This document shows positions 11,289-22,315 of a stretch of 64,000 nt of DNA, piece by piece. The first letter of the stretch is position 1; every line of letters begins with the position of its first letter. Source of the stretch: Nitrospira sp. GTDB taxonomy: Bacteria > Nitrospirota > Nitrospiria > Nitrospirales > Nitrospiraceae. The notes under the pieces were generated by a model, which saw only the letters and a list, made by a program, of their open reading frames with translations, had not been told where the DNA came from and ran no database searches. Location of the stretch: the NCBI GenBank assembly GCA_047150005.1, contig AP038806.1, positions 3,936,001 to 4,000,000 on the forward strand, read 5' to 3'. A program made the position numbers and the translations under genes.

Positions 11289-13094
11289 TTACTCCTTGAC
11301 CAATGACAGGACAGGCGGCTGACCGGCTTTCCTCAACCGCAGTTCATTGACTTGCACATTGAGCGCGCGCGCGTCTTCCGTTCGTCCGTCGCGCTCGGCG
11401 GCCTTGAGCCGCACGATCAGCTCCCGCAAGGCCGCTTCCGCATATTTTCGATCGAGCCGATCAAGACAATCCTGCAAGTGGGCACGCACATCGTCAAAGT
11501 GCTGCTCCAGCATGGATAATTCCGTCGCCAGGGGGCCGCACTCCGGATCCTCGACTACCGTATCCAGCAGATGCCGCAACCCCACTCGGCCGTCCTGACC
11601 GACGTGCGCCAAAGCCCGCTCGACCAATGCTCGACAGGCCGATACCGTAAACGTTTCGGGTCGGAGCCGTCGCACATCGAGGGGGGACAATTGTCCTTGC
11701 AGAAGCAGATACACCACATCGCGCTCTTCAGGCGCTCCCCTCCAGAGCGGTGCGGGACGCGCTTGAGGCTTGCCGCCGGCCGGCCGCCGCTTGTCCTGCG
11801 ACGCCAACGCAGGGTATCGTTCGATCAAGAGCCGCTGATTGATGCCAAGACGCTCGGCCACGATTCTCATGCGCTCTTCGCGTTCGATCGGATGTTCGCT
11901 CTTCTGGAGAATCCGCAACACCTCGTCCACACTCCGGATACGACCTTCCACGGTACCGTCCTGCGCCGACTGCAGACTCTGTTCCAGCGCAAAATCCAGA
12001 AGGCTCGGCGCTTGTTCCTCCAACCGTGCGAACGCCTCCGGACCGTGTGATCTGACGAACGTGTCCGGATCATCCCCCACGGGAAGCGACACGACTTTGA
12101 CGCCGAGCCCGCTGTTGACAAACAGATCAAGCCCTCGCAAGGCGGCACGGACACCGGCCGGATCGGGATCGAAGAGCAGCACGACGCGTGAAGCAAACCG
12201 GCGCAACACGTGAATATGATCGATCGTCAGGGCGGTTCCCAAGGTGGCCACGGTATGAGTCAGCCCAGCCTGATGCAGGGCGATGGCATCAAAGTACCCT
12301 TCGACGACGATGACGGTCTTGGTCCGGGTGATAGCCTCGCGCGCCAGATCCAGGGCAAAAAGCGTGTGCCCCTTCTTGAACAACGGGGTGTCTGGTGAAT
12401 TCAGATATTTTGGAGTGCCCTCGCCAAGGACCCGTCCGCCAAATCCCACGATGCGCTTGCGCAGGTCGAAGATCGTGAACATCACGCGTGCACGGAATCG
12501 GTCGTAAAATCCCGACCCGTTGTCGCGCGCGATGATCAATCCGGCGACCGCAAGTTCGGCTTGTTGAAATCCTTCCTTCGTCAGAGCCCTGAGCAGGCCG
12601 TCCCATTCTCCCGGCGCCATGCCGACCCCAAAATGGTCGATCGTGGGCTGCTCAATCCCTCGCGTACGAAGATACTCACGAGCCTCTGCTCCGGGACGTT
12701 CCTCGCGAAGATTCCGCTGAAACCATTCGGCGGCGCTTCGGTTCAGCAACTCGAGTCGGCCGGTTGGAGCCTGGGACTGGCCCGAATACGCAGTATCCGG
12801 AACGTCGATCCCGACCTTGCGTCCCAGGTCGCGAACGACTTCGGGAAAACTCGCACCTGTAATGCGGGTCAAAAAAGCAAACACGTTGCCTCCGGCGCCG
12901 CAGCCGAAGCAATGAAAAATCTGTTTGGAAGAGCTGACCGTGAACGAGGAAGTCTTTTCTTGATGAAAGGGACACAACCCCTTCAAATTCTGGCCGGTCC
13001 TGACCAAGCTCACGTGCTGCCCGACAATCTCCGTGATGTCGACCCGGTCCCTGATTTGGTTGATGATGTCCTCAGAAATCAGGCCTCGGCCCAC
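11289..13094 (-). CDS. dnaG: DNA primase
   Basis: CPFH...HCFGC zinc finger, [22 protein letters not shown] Toprim; GTG start at 13094 likely. Confidence 0.96.
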   Translation of the reverse strand: MGRGLISEDIINQIRDRVDITEIVGQHVSLVRTGQNLKGLCPFHQEKTSSFTVSSSKQIFHCFGCGAGGNVFAFLTRITGASFPEVVRDLGRKVGIDVPDTAYSGQSQAPTGRLELLNRSAAEWFQRNLREERPGAEAREYLRTRGIEQPTIDHFGVGMAPGEWDGLLRALTKEGFQQAELAVAGLIIARDNGSGFYDRFRARVMFTIFDLRKRIVGFGGRVLGEGTPKYLNSPDTPLFKKGHTLFALDLAREAITRTKTVIVVEGYFDAIALHQAGLTHTVATLGTALTIDHIHVLRRFASRVVLLFDPDPAGVRAALRGLDLFVNSGLGVKVVSLPVGDDPDTFVRSHGPEAFARLEEQAPSLLDFALEQSLQSAQDGTVEGRIRSVDEVLRILQKSEHPIEREERMRIVAERLGINQRLLIERYPALASQDKRRPAGGKPQARPAPLWRGAPEERDVVYLLLQGQLSPLDVRRLRPETFTVSACRALVERALAHVGQDGRVGLRHLLDTVVEDPECGPLATELSMLEQHFDDVRAHLQDCLDRLDRKYAEAALRELIVRLKAAERDGRTEDARALNVQVNELRLRKAGQPPVLSLVKE

Positions 13095-13170
13095 GGGAGT
13101 CACGGCTCCTGTTTCCCGCCTCAAACCGGCAGGTCGGTTGAACGTAAGTGATCGGAAAAATTGACCGGTC

Positions 13171-13200
13171 ACCCTAACAGACGGGAAGGAAATCTGTCAA
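13171..13200 (-). promoter_or_regulatory. Possible sigma-70 promoter for dnaG-rpoD
   Basis: TTGACA-18 nt-TAGGGT with TG extension on the minus strand. Confidence 0.5.
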
Positions 13201-13236
13201 TGTCACGGGAAGAGGTGAACCTCAGCCTTTCTTCAT

Positions 13237-13581
13237 TTACCCGGGCGGCCAGGTCATGCGCCGGCCCCCCATGACATGAAAATGGAGATGCGCCACCGTC
13301 TGACCGCCGTCTCTGCCGGTATTGGCGACGAGTCGGAACCCGGCCTCGGTCAACCCTTTCAGCCTGGCGACCTGATTACAACTGACCAAGAGCCGTCCGA
13401 GCAAGGCTTCATCCCTCGCGTCCAGAAGGTGAACCGAATCGATATGTCGTTTCGGAATCACCAGCGTATGGACGGGAGCCTGGGGATTGATGTCATCAAA
13501 GGCCAGCGTATGATCGTCCTCGTAGACGACGGCTGCCGGAATCTTCTTGTCGACGACCTTACAAAACAGACAATCACCCAT
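13237..13581 (-). CDS. hinT: Histidine triad (HIT) nucleotide-binding protein
   Basis: DCLFCKV, DINPQAPVH, HLHFH, WPPG. Confidence 0.93.
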   Translation of the reverse strand: MGDCLFCKVVDKKIPAAVVYEDDHTLAFDDINPQAPVHTLVIPKRHIDSVHLLDARDEALLGRLLVSCNQVARLKGLTEAGFRLVANTGRDGGQTVAHLHFHVMGGRRMTWPPG

Positions 13582-14266
13582 GCTCTGCTCCTCCTGAATT
13601 CGCCGGTCTGAGCCCGGACCTCCCGAATCGCCTCCCCAATTCCATCAAAATCTCCTGCAGCGGAATGTCGTGATATCCGAGAACCATCAACGTGTGAAAG
13701 AACAGATCCGCCGTCTCGTAAATGATCTCATCCTTCTTGCCCCCTTTGGCCGCAATGAGCACCTCGCCGGCTTCCTCCGCAACTTTCTTCAGAATCTTGT
13801 CGTGCCCCCCTTCAAACAGCTTCGTCGTGTAGGACCCGGCTTGCGGGTCTGTCCGACGCTCCCTGATTGTCCGCAACACCGCATCCAGAATCCCGCCGGC
13901 AGCCGCCGAGGTCCTCTCCTCTTGAGGCCGTCCTTGGGCATCGAGTCTGGAAAAGAAGCACGCGCGTTCGCCCGTGTGACACGTGGGCCCGACCTGTTCG
14001 GCCTTGACCAAAATCGTATCCCGGTCGCAGTCGATGAACAGATCTTTCACGATCAGCTTATGCCCGGACGTTTCGCCCTTCTCCCACAGCGACCGTCGGG
14101 AACGGCTCCAGAAATGAACCGATCTCGTCGCGATCGTCTTCCCGATGGCCTCCTGATTCATATACCCCAACATGAGCACCGTTCCGTCCAGCCAGTCCTG
14201 GATAACGGCCGGGAGCAAGCCCTGCTCATCGAACTTCAACCCCGTGGTCGAGGAGCGATCCATCAC
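13574..14266 (-). CDS. hisIE: Bifunctional phosphoribosyl-AMP cyclohydrolase / phosphoribosyl-ATP pyrophosphatase
   Basis: [38 protein letters not shown]. Confidence 0.95.
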   Translation of the reverse strand: MMDRSSTTGLKFDEQGLLPAVIQDWLDGTVLMLGYMNQEAIGKTIATRSVHFWSRSRRSLWEKGETSGHKLIVKDLFIDCDRDTILVKAEQVGPTCHTGERACFFSRLDAQGRPQEERTSAAAGGILDAVLRTIRERRTDPQAGSYTTKLFEGGHDKILKKVAEEAGEVLIAAKGGKKDEIIYETADLFFHTLMVLGYHDIPLQEILMELGRRFGRSGLRPANSGGAEHG

Positions 14267-15048
14267 CGTCCGCCTTCCAACTCCTGGGCGATCCGCACGG
14301 GAACGCCGCGGCCTCGTAAGAACGCCTTGGCTTGCGGGATCGTGAACGTCCGGAAGTGAAAGATCGATGCGGCGAGCACCGCATCGGCCTTGCCTCTGAC
14401 GAAGCCCTCGTACAGGTGCTCCAATGTTCCGACGCCGCCGGACGCGATCACGGGAATCGACACCGTCTCCGAGACTCCCGCGGTCAATCCAAGATCATAT
14501 CCGCTTTGCCGCCCGTCCTGATCCATGCTGGTCAAGAGAATTTCTCCGGCACCGTAGTCTTCCATTTGCTTGGCCCATTCGACCGCGTCGAGCGCCGTGG
14601 CGTTTCGACCGCCGTGCGTGAAGACTCCCCAACGGGCGCCGTCGTCATGGCGTTTCGCATCGATCGCCACGACGATGCACTGCGTGCCGAACCGTTGTGC
14701 GGCCTCCTTCACAAATTCGGGTCGTTGCACCGCGGCCGTATTGATGCTGACCTTGTCCGCGCCCGCGTTCAACAACGCTCGGATATCCTCGATCGTCCGC
14801 ACGCCGCCTCCGACCGTCACCGGCATAAAGACCCGGGCGGCCGTGCGTTCCACGACATCGAGAATCGTCTTACGGTTCTCGTGGGACGCCGTGATATCGA
14901 GAAAACAGAGTTCATCGGCGCCTTCGCGATCGTAGGCGGTCGCGGCTTCAACCGGATCGCCGGCATCGCGAAGATCAACGAAACCGACGCCCTTGACGAC
15001 ACGCCCATCCTTGACGTCGAGGCAGGGAATGATGCGCTTGGTCAACAT
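14263..15048 (-). CDS. hisF: Imidazole glycerol phosphate synthase cyclase subunit
   Basis: [36 protein letters not shown]. Confidence 0.97.
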   Translation of the reverse strand: MLTKRIIPCLDVKDGRVVKGVGFVDLRDAGDPVEAATAYDREGADELCFLDITASHENRKTILDVVERTAARVFMPVTVGGGVRTIEDIRALLNAGADKVSINTAAVQRPEFVKEAAQRFGTQCIVVAIDAKRHDDGARWGVFTHGGRNATALDAVEWAKQMEDYGAGEILLTSMDQDGRQSGYDLGLTAGVSETVSIPVIASGGVGTLEHLYEGFVRGKADAVLAASIFHFRTFTIPQAKAFLRGRGVPVRIAQELEGGR

Positions 15049-15090
15049 GCCGCCCTGAATGTCCTCCCGAAACCCATCGCGCCGGACATG

Positions 15091-15831
15091 TCAGCATCGA
15101 TTTCCGCCGGTCTTCGCCGTGGCGGCGATTGCCGCACGGAGATCCAGCTTGCCATCGTAGAGGGCTTTCCCGACGATCGCGCCCTCAATGCGGGGACCCA
15201 GCGCTTGGACCGCCAGGAGATCCTCGAGTTTGGTGATACCGCCCGACGCAATAACCGGAAAGGAGGACCGGTCAACCACTTCCTGGAGCGCCCGGATATT
15301 GGGTCCGGCCAACATCCCGTCGCGGGCAATATCCGTATAGATCACGGCACCGATCTCGCAGCCCGACAGATCCTTGAGCACATCCGTGGCCAGACGATTG
15401 GAGACGGCCGTCCACCCCTTGATGGCCACCTTGCCGTCTCGCGCATCGAGTCCGAGAAGAATGCGCCGGGGAAATTCCTTGCAGGCCTGCTCAAGAAAGA
15501 CACGATCCGTGAGTGCCGCGGTGCCGAGCACCACGCGCGACACGCCGGCCGTCAGATATCGGCGCACGGTCTGAATGTTCCGGATGCCTCCGCCCACTTG
15601 CACCCTGACATCGACGTGCCGCATCACCAGTTCGATCTGCGGAAGATTTCTCGGCTCTCCATCGACCGCACCATTCAGATCCACAACGTGGATGACGGCG
15701 GCACCCTGTTCTTGCCACCGGCGGGCGACGGCAGGAATGTCTTCCGAGTAGACCGTCTCGGCCGCCATGTCGCCCTGCCGCAGACGGACACAGCGCCCGT
15801 CCTTCAAGTCAATGGCCGGAATGACGAGCAT
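15091..15831 (-). CDS. hisA: ProFAR isomerase
   Basis: IPAIDLKDGRCVRLRQG, HVVDLNGA, QVGGGIR, YTDIARDGML. Confidence 0.97.
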   Translation of the reverse strand: MLVIPAIDLKDGRCVRLRQGDMAAETVYSEDIPAVARRWQEQGAAVIHVVDLNGAVDGEPRNLPQIELVMRHVDVRVQVGGGIRNIQTVRRYLTAGVSRVVLGTAALTDRVFLEQACKEFPRRILLGLDARDGKVAIKGWTAVSNRLATDVLKDLSGCEIGAVIYTDIARDGMLAGPNIRALQEVVDRSSFPVIASGGITKLEDLLAVQALGPRIEGAIVGKALYDGKLDLRAAIAATAKTGGNRC

Positions 15832-15834
15832 GCC

Positions 15835-16584
15835 CTATTCCTCCGTCGAACCGAACGGAAAGACCTTCATGAGTTCCTCCACCCCATAACGTGAGAGATC
15901 ATCGACGGTCACAAAACCCCAACCATGATGGATGAAGCCGGAGAAATCCTCCGTCATCGGCTTTTGACGTTCGTAGTAGTTCCCCGTCCACAGCACATGT
16001 CCGTCCGTCGCAATCGCTTTGACCTCGAAGCCCACCGATGCCGGAGGATTCGCACCGAGCCGACTGCCGACCCGCTCCTGATACACGGACACCTGCCCCA
16101 ATAACGCGGCGTCCGCACCGACCTTCTTGGCCATATCAGCGGCGGCCTGTTCCGGGAGGGCCTCGGGCAGATCACCGGACTGGTGGGTCGACGTCTTGGG
16201 CGCGGAGCTGTGAGAGGGTGAGAGAACGGTCACTCCCTTCAAATGCCGCAATCTGACCCAAAACAACTGCGTCACCTTGTCGGCCGCATAGGCGGGCACC
16301 ACCACCGTTTGCCGCAATTGGGGTTCCACGTTTGACGGGACACCGACTGAAATGTCGGAGGCTCGAGCCCCTCGCGGCGTCGACATGTACTGATTGCCCT
16401 CATCCCGTATCTGGGGAGTGTGCAGCGTTCCGAACGGGAGGAGCACCAATGTGCGAATCTGATAGCGGGGCAGGCTGCTCGACTTCTGAGTCGTCACTTT
16501 GGCGCCGCTGCAGGCCGTCCCCGTCACGAGCGCCATCGCTGCAACAAGCGTCAGTCCCCATTGACGACTGCGGAGCCGCGTCAC
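15835..16584 (-). CDS. Putative lipoprotein of unknown function within the his operon
   Basis: Signal peptide with lipobox GTAC; possible CsgG/LpoB-like alpha/beta pattern. Confidence 0.75.
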   Translation of the reverse strand: MTRLRSRQWGLTLVAAMALVTGTACSGAKVTTQKSSSLPRYQIRTLVLLPFGTLHTPQIRDEGNQYMSTPRGARASDISVGVPSNVEPQLRQTVVVPAYAADKVTQLFWVRLRHLKGVTVLSPSHSSAPKTSTHQSGDLPEALPEQAAADMAKKVGADAALLGQVSVYQERVGSRLGANPPASVGFEVKAIATDGHVLWTGNYYERQKPMTEDFSGFIHHGWGFVTVDDLSRYGVEELMKVFPFGSTEE

Positions 16585-17189
16585 GTCCAGACCCCGAAAT
16601 TCCTCATCAACCGCAATCCGACGGATTGGCTTTTCTCCGGGTGAAACTGACAGGCGACGACGTTGTCGCGCCAGATGCTCGAAGCAAAGGGAATCCCGTA
16701 CGTCGTCGTCGTGGCGACGATCGACGGATCCACTGGATCGACGAAATAGGAATGGACAAAATACCAGTCTGACCCGTCGTTAATTCCATCGAACACAGGA
16801 CACGCGGTCCGAAGATTGACCTGGTTCCATCCCATATGCGGGACCTTGACGGACGGACCGGCGGCAAACCGCCTTACCTTGCCGGGAATGATGCCGAGCC
16901 CCTCGTGCCGGCCGAACTCTTCACTCTCCGTAAACAGCAACTGCAGCCCGAGGCAAATCCCGAGAAAGGGCTTCCCGGACCGGACACTCTTTTGAATGGT
17001 CTGAACCAGGCCGTACCGCTCGAGGTTCGCCATACAATCACCGAATGCCCCGACACCCGGCAGAACGACCCGAGTGGCATCCTCGATCACCTTTGCGTCG
17101 CGCGTCACCACGGCCCGGTGTCCGACAGCCTCAAAGGCCTTTGAGACGCTGCGAAGATTACCCATGCCGTAGTCGATGATGGCGATCAC
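16581..17189 (-). CDS. hisH: Imidazole glycerol phosphate synthase glutamine amidotransferase subunit
   Basis: IIDYGMGNLRSV, PGVGAFG, GICLGLQ, QFHPEKS; GTG start at 17189. Confidence 0.96.
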   Translation of the reverse strand: MIAIIDYGMGNLRSVSKAFEAVGHRAVVTRDAKVIEDATRVVLPGVGAFGDCMANLERYGLVQTIQKSVRSGKPFLGICLGLQLLFTESEEFGRHEGLGIIPGKVRRFAAGPSVKVPHMGWNQVNLRTACPVFDGINDGSDWYFVHSYFVDPVDPSIVATTTTYGIPFASSIWRDNVVACQFHPEKSQSVGLRLMRNFGVWT

Positions 17190-17383
17190 GATCTCAGTCC
17201 CACGTCGGTCCCCATGGATGCAAAGGGCCTGTACCATACCGCAATCGTCCCGATCCTGCCACTCCCATGCCTCGTACCTTGGGGCCGCCCTCACCCGTCC
17301 TAAACCCAATCCCCAGGCTGACTTGCCCCATCATTGTATGGTACTGTCCCCCCTCATGTAAGGGATTGGGAACGACCATCATC

Positions 17384-18268
17384 ATGATCCGCGCAGCGAT
17401 TCTCGGCGCAGGCGGAATTGCGCTCCTACTGCTGGCCGCAGTGTGCATCCCTCGCCATCTTCCGCAAAGCCCCGCACCGCCGATGATTCCCGCCAGTTTT
17501 CACGCGAGAATCGAAAACGGGACGCTGACGCTTCGCGGCACGCTTCCCAACACCTCCAGCCTGGGAAGGATTCTCCAGGGCACGCACGCCCGTTACGACG
17601 CCGCCCATATTCAGATCGTCGACCAATTGACCGTGGACAGCAAGGTCTCGCCGGCCCGGTGGATCGATTCCTTGCCCGCGGTGCTTCCTGTGCTGCAACA
17701 GATGAACGGACGCGGCTCCATGATCATCGATGGCCGTTCTCTGGTCCTGAGTGGAACGGTCGCATCCGAACAGGCCAAGGCCAATGTGCTGCGGGCCATC
17801 GCCCCTATCACCGCAACCGGCCTCGAGCTGGAGGATCATATCCTGGCTTCCTCGTCGACACCTGCCGCCGCGACGCCGGCTCGACCGTCGCGAGCCTCGC
17901 TGCAATCGCGCCTGAACGCCGTGCTCTCCCGCAACCGGATCGAATTCGAATCCAATCAGGCCAGTCTGACCGCCACCGGACGGGCCACATTGGATCAACT
18001 TCTGCCCATCCTGCGCGACGCACCGCCGCAGACGGAAATCGAGATCGCGGGACATACCGACGGGTACGGCGCGCCGGATTACAATCTGACCCTCAGTCGC
18101 CGCCGGGCCGAAGCGGTCCGAGATTACTTTGTGAAACATGGACTGACCCAGCGCTTCATTCCCGTCGGATATGGCTCGACCAAACCCCAGTCCAGCGAGC
18201 GCACCCAAGCCGCGCTCAAGAAGAATAGAAGGATCGAACTGCAGGTGAAAGGGAGCGGTGACGCATGA
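17384..18268 (+). CDS. Membrane-anchored BON-like plus OmpA-C protein (ArfA/Rv0899-like)
   Basis: N-terminal TM helix, two BON-like halves, OmpA motifs IAGHTD, NLTLSRRRAEAV, KNRRIE. Confidence 0.85.
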   Translation: MIRAAILGAGGIALLLLAAVCIPRHLPQSPAPPMIPASFHARIENGTLTLRGTLPNTSSLGRILQGTHARYDAAHIQIVDQLTVDSKVSPARWIDSLPAVLPVLQQMNGRGSMIIDGRSLVLSGTVASEQAKANVLRAIAPITATGLELEDHILASSSTPAAATPARPSRASLQSRLNAVLSRNRIEFESNQASLTATGRATLDQLLPILRDAPPQTEIEIAGHTDGYGAPDYNLTLSRRRAEAVRDYFVKHGLTQRFIPVGYGSTKPQSSERTQAALKKNRRIELQVKGSGDA

Positions 18269-19590
18269 TGACGCTCATCGGCCAGATCGCGGGATGCCTG
18301 ATTGTCGCGGCCGGAATCGGCGGCCTCGTCGGATGGTTCTTGCGACAACATTCCGTCCGCGCGCTCGATCAACACATCGACGATCTCATGACGGCATTTC
18401 AGGTGAAAGAACAGGCCTTGAGCGCGGCACAGCTGGAACTCAAATCCCGAACCTCGACCGTGCAAGGCTATGAAAGCAAACTCTCCTCGACCGAACTCCT
18501 GCTGCAAACAGCTCAAGAGGAAGCGACCACGCACGCCGAGCGGACCAAGCAGGTGCAAGCCGAGTTGTCCGCCGCAACCCAACGGATCGCCGTCCTGGAA
18601 TCGGACCTGTCCGCGTCGCTCCAGCGATCCACCGACAGCGACAAAGTGATCGCCGCATTCGAGCAGGAAGCACGTCAAGCCAACGCCGCTCGTACGGCCG
18701 CGCAGCAGGCGTTGAGTCTCAAGGACGACGAACTGTGCGAGTTGCAGGGCCGCGTGGCCGAGCTCGAAGGTCTCACGGCTGAGGCTGCTCAACTGCGATC
18801 CCACGTGGCGGAGATCGAACCGGCTCAGGGGCGCCTCCACTGGCTGGAGGTGCAGCTCAGTGAAAAGGAGAGTCACCTCCGAACGGCGCTCCACGCAACT
18901 GAGGAACAACGCGCCGCCGCGACCCAACGAGGAAGCGAACTGGACGCCTTGAAAAAGCAGATCGAGGAGCAGTTGCGACGCCTGCGGGAATGGGAGTCCA
19001 GACACGAAAAGACGCTGCGGCAACACGCGACAGATGCGAAGCTGATCGACACACATCGTGAGACGATCCAGGAGCTGCAATCGACGCTGGCGGAGCGGGA
19101 ACGGACCGCGGAGGCGCAATCCGAGCAGATCGCGGCACTTCAGCGCCAGTTCGATGAGCTGAGCTTGCTCTATACGACCCTGACGGAATCCCAGGCGAAG
19201 GGAAAGCAGGACGACACGGATCGGCCCGGCCCTCGCAAGCGCCAAGCCGAAATGCGTACCCCGCGAAAGGTCGAGGGAGCATCGGAAAACATCGGACGGC
19301 CAGCCCCCCCCGCCAAGACCGACCAACTCCATTTGGGGATTTCGTCCGGATCACAAGCCGCTGGGTCGCGCAAGGATGACTTGACGAAGATTCGCGGTAT
19401 CGATCCGGCCCTTGAAGAGGCTCTGAATAAACTGGGTACCCACAGCTTCATCCAGATCGCGAGATGGACGAGCACCGACATGTCTCGCGTCGCCAAGCAA
19501 TTGGCCACCCCATTGGACGAAATCAAACGGCGCAATTGGATTGCCGACGCCAAGAAACAGCACCGTGAGAAGTATGGAGAACCTCTCTGA
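18265..19590 (+). CDS. TM-anchored coiled-coil protein with C-terminal helix-hairpin-helix (COG3743-like) domain
   Basis: TM LIGQIAGCLIVAAGIGGLVGW, ~280-aa heptad region, DDLTKIRGIDPALEEALNKLG...QIARWT; ATGA overlap with the upstream gene. Confidence 0.82.
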   Translation: MMTLIGQIAGCLIVAAGIGGLVGWFLRQHSVRALDQHIDDLMTAFQVKEQALSAAQLELKSRTSTVQGYESKLSSTELLLQTAQEEATTHAERTKQVQAELSAATQRIAVLESDLSASLQRSTDSDKVIAAFEQEARQANAARTAAQQALSLKDDELCELQGRVAELEGLTAEAAQLRSHVAEIEPAQGRLHWLEVQLSEKESHLRTALHATEEQRAAATQRGSELDALKKQIEEQLRRLREWESRHEKTLRQHATDAKLIDTHRETIQELQSTLAERERTAEAQSEQIAALQRQFDELSLLYTTLTESQAKGKQDDTDRPGPRKRQAEMRTPRKVEGASENIGRPAPPAKTDQLHLGISSGSQAAGSRKDDLTKIRGIDPALEEALNKLGTHSFIQIARWTSTDMSRVAKQLATPLDEIKRRNWIADAKKQHREKYGEPL

Positions 19591-19759
19591 CCCGTTCCAT
19601 TCTCCGGCAAGCCACACTCTCCGAAATGCCCGTCAGCCTTTGAAAATTCATCAAAATCTAGGGAATTCCCTTACATTTGTAGGGGTAGACCGTCTACGAA
19701 GCTTCCCGTATCATGATGCCGATGTCATCTAGATTACGTTCTCATTGAGGAAGGTTTCG

Positions 19760-22096
19760 ATGTCAGGATTCCAAGCAATGTCCGGTATTCGATGGATCAC
19801 GTTTCTTTTTCTCGCTCTCATCTTCAGTTTGAATGGTTGCAACGACGTATCCACCGCGCCTGGGCCTCCACCGGGGCCGGCCGCCCTCGCGATTGAGTCT
19901 GGCTCCCCGCTGCCGAGTGGCAGCATTGGCATCCGCTATAGTGCGACCTTGGCAGCTTCTGGCGGGGACCCCGCCTATTCATGGAGTCTTGCCGGCGGGT
20001 CTCCTTCATTGCCCAATGGTCTCAGTCTGAGTCCCGCCGGCGTCATCAGTGGCACGCCGACGACGATCCAAACCGTCACACCGAAATTCCAGGTGGTGGA
20101 TTCTTCGAAACCGACCCAGCAAGTCGCCCAAAAATCGCTCACGATTTCGATCAATGCGGTCCCACAACCGACGATTACGTCGCCTGCGGTTCTCCCCAAC
20201 GGCATCGTAGGGCAAGCGTATCCCCTGACTCAATTGACGGCCTCGGGAGGAACTCCACCCTATACTGGCTGGTCGGTGAACCCTGCCTTGCCGAGTGGCC
20301 TTGTCTTCAATACTGCCACCGGAACGATCAGCGGGACTCCCACGGCCACGAGCAATCAATCCCACACATTCACCGTGACTGACTCTTTTTCACCGACTCC
20401 TCAGGATGGATCAAGACAGTACACGCTGACCATCAGCCCAGCTCCGCTGCCGTTGACGATCGTGACGAACTCACCGCTTTCGAACGGCACCGTAACAGTC
20501 GCGTACCCCCCTGTCCAACTTGCGGCCACAGGCGGTACGCCTCCGTTGACGTGGAGCGTGGTGAGTGGAAATTTGCCGCCCGGCCTTCAATTGAACCAGA
20601 ACACAGGGGCCATCACCGGAATCCCAACCACAGCGGGAACCTTTACGTCAACCATCCGGGTGCAGGATGTTGGGTCGCCGCAGCAATCAACTCAAAAACC
20701 ATTCTCCATTACTGTCAGCCTGCCCGGGCCGCCGAGTATCACCACGACGTCGCTTCCCAATGGGTCATTCAACAATGCGTACAATCAGACTTTACAGGTT
20801 ACCGGAGGGGTCTCACCTCGAACATGGGGAGTCATTTCAGGATCGCTTCCTCCCGGCCTCGGTCTCAATGCATCCACGGGGAATATCTCCGGCACGGCGA
20901 CGCAAACGGGTACGTTTAACTTTACGGTGCAGGTCACGGATGCTATACCGCAGTCCGATTCTCAACCGCTATCCATTACGATCACCCCACCGGCTCCTCC
21001 TCAAATCACCACGTCGTCGCTCCCGAACGGCACGGTCACTCAGGCCTATCCGGCAACCCAGCTGCAGGCCTCCGGTGGGACAGCGCCGTTGACCTGGGAC
21101 CCTGTGGTTCAGCCTGCCTTGCCGAACGGTCTCAGTTGGAATGCCGGTACGCATACCATCACCGGCACGCCCCTCAATGGAAGTCAGGGCACGGCTCAAC
21201 ATGTCTTCACAGTCAGAGATTCAACAAATCCCGTTCTTACGGCCACAAGGACGTTGTCACTGACGATCAACCTTCCGGCGCCACCGAATATCACCACCAC
21301 CTCCAATTCGCTGTTGCCAAATGGCACCGTGACCAAACCCTATAGCCGAACCCTCCAAGCCAGCGGCGGAACCGGACAATTGAAATGGACCATACAGTCT
21401 GGTTCGCTCCCGACTGGACTGGATCCCATCAACGAGTCGACGGGTGTGATTTCTGGCACGCCTTCAGCCCCTGGAACATTCAATTTTACTGCGAGGGCTA
21501 CGGACACTTTGAATCAGTTTGACGACCAACCTCTTTCGATTACGATCGTCCTCCCTCCACCGCCGACGATCACGACTTCATCGCTTCAGAATGGAACATT
21601 TGGTAGTGCTTACAACCAAACAGTACAGGCAGCTGGAGGAACTGGTGCCATCTCCTGGAGTCTCAGCGCCGGTTCCCTGCCAACCGGACTGAATCCTATC
21701 AATCCGTTGACGGGTCTGATCTCCGGCACACCAAACCAGGCAGGCCCGTTTAGCTTCACCGTTCGGGCAACTGACACCCTGAATCAGTTTGATGACCAGC
21801 CTCTTTCTATTACGATTGATCTTCCGGCCCCACCGCAAATCACCACAACCTCACTTCCTCCTGGAACGGCAGGGCAGTTCTATAGCCAGCAGGTCCAGGC
21901 GACAGGAGGATTCGGTAACCTGACGTGGGACATAAGTGCAGGAGCATTACCTCCCGGGTTAGACATTAATCCGAGCACAGGCGAAATTTCAGGAACTCCC
22001 ATCGGTTCAAGCTCCGACCCCCATCCCTTCACGGTGAAGGTCACAGACGCAGTACAATCTGTTACGAAGGATCTATCCATTACCATCAATCCGTGA
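19760..22096 (+). CDS. Lipoprotein with 8 putative Ig-like repeats (array gene 1)
   Basis: Lipobox LNGC (Cys codon 19838); repeats ITTxSLPNG...Y...ASGG.P..W...LP.GL....G.ISGTP...FTV..TD; GAGGAAGG precedes ATG 19760. Confidence 0.87.
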   Translation: MSGFQAMSGIRWITFLFLALIFSLNGCNDVSTAPGPPPGPAALAIESGSPLPSGSIGIRYSATLAASGGDPAYSWSLAGGSPSLPNGLSLSPAGVISGTPTTIQTVTPKFQVVDSSKPTQQVAQKSLTISINAVPQPTITSPAVLPNGIVGQAYPLTQLTASGGTPPYTGWSVNPALPSGLVFNTATGTISGTPTATSNQSHTFTVTDSFSPTPQDGSRQYTLTISPAPLPLTIVTNSPLSNGTVTVAYPPVQLAATGGTPPLTWSVVSGNLPPGLQLNQNTGAITGIPTTAGTFTSTIRVQDVGSPQQSTQKPFSITVSLPGPPSITTTSLPNGSFNNAYNQTLQVTGGVSPRTWGVISGSLPPGLGLNASTGNISGTATQTGTFNFTVQVTDAIPQSDSQPLSITITPPAPPQITTSSLPNGTVTQAYPATQLQASGGTAPLTWDPVVQPALPNGLSWNAGTHTITGTPLNGSQGTAQHVFTVRDSTNPVLTATRTLSLTINLPAPPNITTTSNSLLPNGTVTKPYSRTLQASGGTGQLKWTIQSGSLPTGLDPINESTGVISGTPSAPGTFNFTARATDTLNQFDDQPLSITIVLPPPPTITTSSLQNGTFGSAYNQTVQAAGGTGAISWSLSAGSLPTGLNPINPLTGLISGTPNQAGPFSFTVRATDTLNQFDDQPLSITIDLPAPPQITTTSLPPGTAGQFYSQQVQATGGFGNLTWDISAGALPPGLDINPSTGEISGTPIGSSSDPHPFTVKVTDAVQSVTKDLSITINP
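19838..20450 (+). repeat. Long direct repeat, copy 1 (partner ~22412-23025)
   Basis: Long runs of nucleotide identity, e.g. ggcacgccgacgacgatccaaaccgtcacaccgaaattccaggtggtggattc in both copies; offset 2574 nt. Confidence 0.85.
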
Positions 22097-22315
22097 CCGA
22101 GCATCGTTCACGTGGATCTGGTATCTCTCGCCACAATGATCAGCTCACCTGTATGGCTCGACCGTCTATTCAATGCCCCTAGGGTTTCTTCACCTGCTCC
22201 GTGCGATTCCCCACAACATTTCGGCCTAGGGATCTCTCTAGGTGCCCCCTAGGAATTTCCTTGCGTACTGTCACGTCCATCCTGCATATTTTCGTAAATC
22301 ATTGGGGCTGGGTTT

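Noticed and set aside
14332..15894. 520-aa plus-strand ORF
   Set aside because: Antisense shadow of hisF/hisA
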